From a virus: DNA of 64,000 nt. The notes under the pieces are model-generated. The model was not told where the DNA came from, did not search any database, and saw only the letters and a program-made list of their open reading frames with translations. Every line of letters begins with the position of its first letter. Position 1 is the stretch's first letter. The stretch spans positions 96,001 to 160,000 of the IMG/VR virus record IMGVR_UViG_3300035698_026482; one strand, written 5' to 3'. Shown here one piece after another: positions 59,136-64,000 of the stretch. The position numbers and the translations under genes are program-made.

Positions 59136-59157
59136 GAGGTTCGGGTCCTAAGCCATA

Positions 59158-60531
59158 TTAAAGAATTTTGGCTGCAAGCGTCGCCAATTCACTACGTTCA
59201 CCCTTCATAAGGGTGATGTGGCCGGCGATTGACTCATCTTTAAATTTCTCGACGGCGTATGTTAACCCATTGGATAGTGGATCAACAAGATTATTATCAA
59301 CCTGTTCAATATCACCCGTCAAAATAATCTTAGCGCCTTCGCCGGCACGAGTGATGATTGTTTTTAATTCATGAACTGAAAGATTTTGTGCCTCATCGAT
59401 GATGATGAATGCATTTGCCAACGACCGTCCACGAATATATGTGATTGCTTCAACCTCGATGAGGCCCTTTTCAATCCACATATCAAAAATATTCTTGTCT
59501 TTGTTTTGGTTGCCAAGTAAGAATTCAATATTATCATAAATCGGTTGAACCCAAGGATCCATCTTTTCCTGTTTGGTTCCTGGCAGGTATCCGATATCGC
59601 GTCCGACGGGCTGGATTGGTCTCGTTATGATTAGCTTTCTATAAGTTTTTGATTCAAAAATCATGTCCAAGGCAGCTGCCACAGCCAATAGAGTTTTGCC
59701 TGTGCCAGCTGCACCAACTAGCGACACCAATTTTACTCGATCATCGGTCAGCAACTTAAGCGCCAAACGCTGCTCAAGATTCCTAGGCGCAACACCCCAA
59801 GCCTTTTTGTGCGTATCATTAACGCGCCAAAGCATATTACTGTCTTCTGGATCTAGACGATATGCGCATTCCCCATCAATAAGAAATTCGTTGGGTTTAG
59901 ATTCTAGAACTAAATCATAATCGCGAATATCAACTGAGCGTTCCTCAAGAAGATCATCCTTCACATTTTTTGGAAGCTCGATCTCCTTAACACCTGTATA
60001 AACATCTGACGTATCGGCAGCCACCCTAAAACGAAGGTAATCCTCACACTCCATACCGATAACATTGCACTTTATGCGCATGTTAATGTCCTTTGTGACA
60101 ATTCTGACGTCTAGATCTTCTTTATCCCTCAGACCAACACCAACGGCGATAATCATGTTATCAGGATGACGATCATTTAGTTCATCTGGCAACACACCAA
60201 CGAACTCCTCAGTAGACATTACTCGTACTGTACCCCCGCCGGGTAACTTAACGCCTAGCTTAAGTGATCCCTGGATTCGTAATTCATCTAGACTGCGACA
60301 TATCTGCCTAGCATTGGCCCCGACAGCATCAAAGCGATCTTTCTTGGTATCAATTTCTTCAAGCACAATCATCGGAATGACGATATCATTATCGCCAAAC
60401 GCAAATAACGCTTGCGCGTCTTGAAGAAAGACGTTCGTATCAATAACAAACGTTTTATTGTTGGCAACTGAACCGCTCTTTGCAGTCCGCTTATTTTTTT
60501 CTGATTGGGTTTTCACCATTCCGTTGAACAA
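59158..60531 (-). CDS. phoH: PIN-domain PhoH-family ATPase (PhoH2/YlaK type)
   Basis: PIN motif FVIDTNVF...VLEEID...DNMII...TKDINMRIK; Walker A GAAGTGKT, RGRS, IIDEAQN, GDIEQVD. Confidence 0.92.
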   Translation of the reverse strand: MFNGMVKTQSEKNKRTAKSGSVANNKTFVIDTNVFLQDAQALFAFGDNDIVIPMIVLEEIDTKKDRFDAVGANARQICRSLDELRIQGSLKLGVKLPGGGTVRVMSTEEFVGVLPDELNDRHPDNMIIAVGVGLRDKEDLDVRIVTKDINMRIKCNVIGMECEDYLRFRVAADTSDVYTGVKEIELPKNVKDDLLEERSVDIRDYDLVLESKPNEFLIDGECAYRLDPEDSNMLWRVNDTHKKAWGVAPRNLEQRLALKLLTDDRVKLVSLVGAAGTGKTLLAVAAALDMIFESKTYRKLIITRPIQPVGRDIGYLPGTKQEKMDPWVQPIYDNIEFLLGNQNKDKNIFDMWIEKGLIEVEAITYIRGRSLANAFIIIDEAQNLSVHELKTIITRAGEGAKIILTGDIEQVDNNLVDPLSNGLTYAVEKFKDESIAGHITLMKGERSELATLAAKIL

Positions 60532-60557
60532 CCTTTGAATAGGATAGTACGATCATA

Positions 60558-60863
60558 ATGAGCATGTCAAACAGCCCACCCGATGTACCCATTGAACGCC
60601 TTAAACGAGGTAGCACTTGCTTTGCAGCACATGCAAAGCATGGAGTTGCCTGTCAAAAATCCAGCTGTCGCATGTGGGTTAATAGTGAGTGCCATCAAAA
60701 TTGTACTCTTCTAGCGGTCGCGAATCATCGTGGCAGTAGCATGACACTCCAGCAAATTGGAGATATACATGGTCTGACGAGGATGCGCGTTTGTCAAATT
60801 GAGAAACGTGCGATCACAAAAGTGAAAAGCGCTATTTCTGTTGATGACCAAAAAGCGAGTTAA
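60558..60863 (+). CDS. Cys-rich protein with stand-alone sigma-70 region-4 HTH
   Basis: C..H...CQKSSCRMW...C..NC followed by MTLQQIGDIHGLTRMRVCQIEKRAITKV, matching sigma-70 region 4.2. Confidence 0.75.
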   Translation: MSMSNSPPDVPIERLKRGSTCFAAHAKHGVACQKSSCRMWVNSECHQNCTLLAVANHRGSSMTLQQIGDIHGLTRMRVCQIEKRAITKVKSAISVDDQKAS

Positions 60864-61243
60864 GCCTTCTTTTTGCTGCCTTTTTTGATTTGCTTTTTGG
60901 CTTTAGGTTTTTCGCTAATAGCGTCTGCCTTTGGCTCAAGCATATCATTTTTATTCTCTGATTTAGGCGCGGTGTATAACTGTTCGACATCTAGATCATC
61001 TAATGTCTCGTCTTCGTCTACATCATCACCAAGATCATCATGTTCATCTAGATCAATATCTAATGACTCATCATCGTTGACTGCTGGGACTTCATCAACA
61101 ACTCCATCGACACGCCTGGCTCTAAGGCGTTGTCCTGCTGCATACAGTGCTGCATCATTCACAGTACCCTTATTTGGGTCCAACCCAAGGCGTTTAGCCT
61201 CTGCTACAATTATTGCTCGTCGATTTCTAGACATCTTGGTCAC
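60860..61243 (-). CDS. Hypothetical protein with acidic middle and Lys-rich tail
   Basis: 127-aa ORF; its stop shares a TTAA with the convergent plus-strand gene. Confidence 0.55.
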   Translation of the reverse strand: MTKMSRNRRAIIVAEAKRLGLDPNKGTVNDAALYAAGQRLRARRVDGVVDEVPAVNDDESLDIDLDEHDDLGDDVDEDETLDDLDVEQLYTAPKSENKNDMLEPKADAISEKPKAKKQIKKGSKKKA

Positions 61244-61484
61244 TTTTCCGTTCGCCGCCTCTTCGCTTATCTATCGCGACTGAGGACATTAGCAAATCAT
61301 GTGAGTACTTTTTCAAAAGTCGCAAGCCGCGACGTGATCTAAGGCCTGCAGAGGCGTTACCCTTGATAGCGTTCTTTCGAACGTCGATGTCCATGGTCTC
61401 GATTAACATGCGAATTTCTTCCCATCTATCAAGTAGCTCACGGCTCTCGGTGTTATCATGCGCATCGGTCATATTCAAATCCAT
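61227..61484 (-). CDS. Histone H1-like Hc1-family nucleoid protein (N-terminal domain)
   Basis: DVRKNAIKGNASAGLRSRRGLRLLKK resembles the KGNKAAxxRxR core of Hc1-family proteins. Confidence 0.55.
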   Translation of the reverse strand: MDLNMTDAHDNTESRELLDRWEEIRMLIETMDIDVRKNAIKGNASAGLRSRRGLRLLKKYSHDLLMSSVAIDKRRGGERKSDQDV

Positions 61485-61494
61485 CCTACAACAC

Positions 61495-61501
61495 TAACTA
61501 T
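61495..61501 (-). promoter_or_regulatory. ATAGTTA motif, putative phage promoter
   Basis: 10 nt upstream of ATG 61484. Confidence 0.45.
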
Positions 61502-61543
61502 ACAGTATCTGGCAATCAGATACCATGAAGAATGGCAGGAATT

Positions 61544-62293
61544 TTAAGAAGACTTCTTCGAGGACTTTTTTTGTGAAGAAGTCTTCTTTGCCTTCTTAGA
61601 CTTTGTTGTAGCAATTTCTTTTGCCTGTAATGCTTCTGGACGCTCATACAAAAGGCTATCTGCGATGCCCAACTCAATGCATTCTTGTGGTGTCAGATAT
61701 TGGTCACCGCGACGCTCATTGATTTCTCTTAGACGTTCAATAGAGGTTCCAGATTCAAATTCCATAGCGTCAAGCCATTGTTCTTCCTGACGTTCCATTT
61801 CCTTAAGCTCATGTTTAATTTCAAACACGTTTCCAGACATATTTCCCCACGCAGGATGAGTCATGACACGAGCATGAGGGGCTATTAGTCGTCTACCTTT
61901 TTCACCCGAAGCCAGAATCAGGACGCCTGCTGACATTACTTTTCCCATCGCAATAGTAATAATAGGACACGGTACGAATTTAATCGCATCGTATAGACTA
62001 AACATGGAATCAACAGATCCACCATACGTCTCGATTACCAGATAAATCGGTTGTATATGATTTCTTTTTGACATTGCAAACATTGCTGCAATAGCCTGCG
62101 AAACTGACATTTCTGAGACATCACCTGTGAAATAGATGATACGATCATCGTCTGATGAGACGGATGTTAACGACATTTCGTCATCTGAGTCTCGGTCGAA
62201 GGATGCTGTTGAGTCGCTTAAGGGTCTACCCATTTGATTCTCCTGTTTCGTCTTGCGCCTTTGCAAGGTCCGCAAAAACCTTCTCTTTACCAC
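61544..62293 (-). CDS. clpP: ClpP-like serine protease
   Basis: IETYGGSV, KVMSAG (Ser), VMTHP (His), GDQYLTPQECIELGIAD. Likely start is internal MGRPL. Confidence 0.88.
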   Translation of the reverse strand: MVKRRFLRTLQRRKTKQENQMGRPLSDSTASFDRDSDDEMSLTSVSSDDDRIIYFTGDVSEMSVSQAIAAMFAMSKRNHIQPIYLVIETYGGSVDSMFSLYDAIKFVPCPIITIAMGKVMSAGVLILASGEKGRRLIAPHARVMTHPAWGNMSGNVFEIKHELKEMERQEEQWLDAMEFESGTSIERLREINERRGDQYLTPQECIELGIADSLLYERPEALQAKEIATTKSKKAKKTSSQKKSSKKSS

Positions 62294-62522
62294 CTAATAG
62301 ATCGCCTACATCGGTGACAGTTAGTTCATCAATAACGTCGACTAGACGTTTCATATGCTCAAAGCTTTCAAGATTTTCGGCCATAAGCTTGATTATTTGG
62401 TACTTCTGACGGTCAGTAATACCGAAGTCAAGTATTTCCTTGACAATTAATCTGCATTGCTTTTTTTCACGAATAAGTTTTTCTTCGTCGGTTTCACCGT
62501 AAAGTCTAATTTCATCGGACAT
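62226..62522 (-). CDS. Hypothetical protein
   Basis: 98-aa helical ORF with GAGG 5-6 nt before the ATG. Confidence 0.6.
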   Translation of the reverse strand: MSDEIRLYGETDEEKLIREKKQCRLIVKEILDFGITDRQKYQIIKLMAENLESFEHMKRLVDVIDELTVTDVGDLLGGKEKVFADLAKAQDETGESNG

Positions 62523-62552
62523 ACTGACCTCTATGTTTATTGTACAAATGAT

Positions 62553-63149
62553 TTAATCGGATGTTTCGTATTGAACTGCCTCACTGTATGGTGAGATTCC
62601 AAAGCGTTCAGGGCCGGAAATAGAGAGGAATTTGCCCGTCTGGCGACCATCGATGAGTTCACGGGTAATGATAACGTGCTGGTTCCATTGTTGTTCATCG
62701 ATAATAAATTTCACATGTTCCCAGATCGGAAGTTCGCATTTATAGTCTTCAAGTAGACCAGCCAAGCGCTGAGGAAGGCTAATTGCAATATCCTCCTTAG
62801 TAATAACGCTGTGTGTGTCCTCGCTACCGTAAACAACCTCAGATTCACAAATGCCAATCACGTTATGAACAACTCCACAGAAATTGCATTGTGTATATTT
62901 TTGCTGAACAGAATCGTCTTCCAGTATAACAGAAAAAACAATGAATTTATGGAAAACGGGATTATCGCTTTTCAAATACTGTGGAAGTATACATGTGCAT
63001 TCAACAAGGTGTTGCACACCCATTTTGCCAGAATGTAGACCAGCCTGTGATGGGCCACCGTTTAGTGTCGATTCAGGCGCAACATCTTTTTCAACTTCGA
63101 TCTCTGCGACTTTTGCACTTATGCGATTCTTCTCTCTTGCCATGATCAA
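62553..63149 (-). CDS. Hypothetical protein with CxC and CxxC (possible Zn-binding) motifs
   Basis: HLVECTCIL...QCNFCGVVH. Likely start is ATG 63143. Confidence 0.6.
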   Translation of the reverse strand: MIMAREKNRISAKVAEIEVEKDVAPESTLNGGPSQAGLHSGKMGVQHLVECTCILPQYLKSDNPVFHKFIVFSVILEDDSVQQKYTQCNFCGVVHNVIGICESEVVYGSEDTHSVITKEDIAISLPQRLAGLLEDYKCELPIWEHVKFIIDEQQWNQHVIITRELIDGRQTGKFLSISGPERFGISPYSEAVQYETSD

Positions 63150-63154
63150 TATGT

Positions 63155-64000
63155 ATGCCTATGACGCGGCCTCAGAAAAGAGATTATCTCTACGAGCTTT
63201 ATGTGACACAACGTCTGGACAAAATCCATACACAACGAAAGTCGTTCGTCAAGAATGATAGAATCGCACGTATAGAAAGAATTAAAAAAGTTGTTATTCG
63301 CGAGGCAAATCAGCGAATCATACTTGAGAAACTTGATGTCAATGAGCTTCGAAAATTGCAAGGGTCAATCAAGAAAGTTGCAAATATTGTTTCGGGATTT
63401 GATCTGCCCGTAATTAAATCCGGGTTGCAACAGGCTGCGTTCAAGGCCGCCAAAATAATGAGCAATGATGGGGGTGGTGTCATCGCCAGGATTAAGCAAA
63501 TGATAAGCAGCGATAATGCAAAGCCTATTGCTGAAATCATGGCATTTGAAAAGACAATGACAACAGCCTTAAGTCAACTATCTGATATACTTGAAGTTGT
63601 AACTGCTGCTAATTCATCACTTAAGAAAAATGACCCGAACATGAAACTACTTGATGTTCTAGAACAAGAAGAAGCAGAAGCCGCCGAGGATATGATCATC
63701 AAGGCGCTTAAGGGTCCCCTTAAATTTTTTGGGTCGAACACAATACCTTTTATTGATGACCCTCTTGCGATCGCAAACGAACTATTAAGCTTGTCAATTA
63801 AGGATTTTTCTAATCTTTCAAAAAAAGCAAACGGCATCGAAATTGTAACCGATGATGAAACTGCAAAACAGATAGCAGATACGGTCCAAGATGACGCCGA
63901 TGTTCCTTCTGATGATTCTTCTGATGCCTCGAGTCAACGCCCAGCCCCGAAAGAAGAGGCTGGAATTGATGCAGCACGTAAAGAACTTGAGGATGCAGGA
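63155..64000 (+). CDS. Hypothetical helical protein, runs off the window edge
   Basis: Not in the ORF track (no stop in window). Frame open from ATG 63155/63161 to 64000: MTRPQKRDYLYELYV...IKKVVIREANQRIILEKLD... Confidence 0.7.
   Translation, partial: MPMTRPQKRDYLYELYVTQRLDKIHTQRKSFVKNDRIARIERIKKVVIREANQRIILEKLDVNELRKLQGSIKKVANIVSGFDLPVIKSGLQQAAFKAAKIMSNDGGGVIARIKQMISSDNAKPIAEIMAFEKTMTTALSQLSDILEVVTAANSSLKKNDPNMKLLDVLEQEEAEAAEDMIIKALKGPLKFFGSNTIPFIDDPLAIANELLSLSIKDFSNLSKKANGIEIVTDDETAKQIADTVQDDADVPSDDSSDASSQRPAPKEEAGIDAARKELEDAG

Noticed and set aside
58985-59137. ~50-aa minus-strand ORF (MRTLVKYRR...) running through the repeats
   Set aside because: A 40-bp period shifts frame in each copy, the composition is non-coding-like, and there is no protein-level periodicity.
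1-64000. Stop-codon reassignment
   Set aside because: Genes are long and tightly packed under code 11, and TAG, TGA and TAA all end plausible complete proteins.
1-64000. tRNA or rRNA genes
   Set aside because: No cloverleaf or T-loop/CCA signatures seen in the few intergenic gaps; tRNAscan-SE would confirm.

Overview
Densely coding window, almost entirely on the minus strand, from a large uncultivated tailed dsDNA phage with a contractile (myovirus-type) tail. This is inferred from phage-type replication genes plus gp5/gp25/gp6-like baseplate genes. No capsid, portal, sheath, tRNA, rRNA or CRISPR array was recognised. In coordinate order: (1) 1-2112, replication/recombination genes (partial SbcD/Mre11-like nuclease, DnaG-type primase, RuvC-like resolvase); (2) 2143-35755, a ~33 kb tail/baseplate structural module invaded by two free-standing homing-endonuclease-like genes; (3) 36151-36957, a sigma-like factor; (4) 37538-58788, a ~21 kb glycosylation island with seven glycosyltransferase genes, five methyltransferase-like genes and an apparently self-contained nonulosonic-acid (KDN-like) pathway with unusual tailoring enzymes; (5) 58789-59157, a non-coding purine-rich tandem-repeat region; (6) 59158-64000, PIN-PhoH, a stand-alone sigma region-4 protein, an Hc1-like protein, ClpP and hypotheticals. 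The strongest leads are a pseudoknotted structured RNA just downstream of a multi-domain endonuclease whose other flank carries a perfect 30-bp palindrome, the phage-encoded nonulosonic-acid pathway, the repeat/G-tract/AT-rich region, and a recurring ATAKTTA promoter-like motif. All functional calls come from motifs read by eye; no database searches or folding programs were run.
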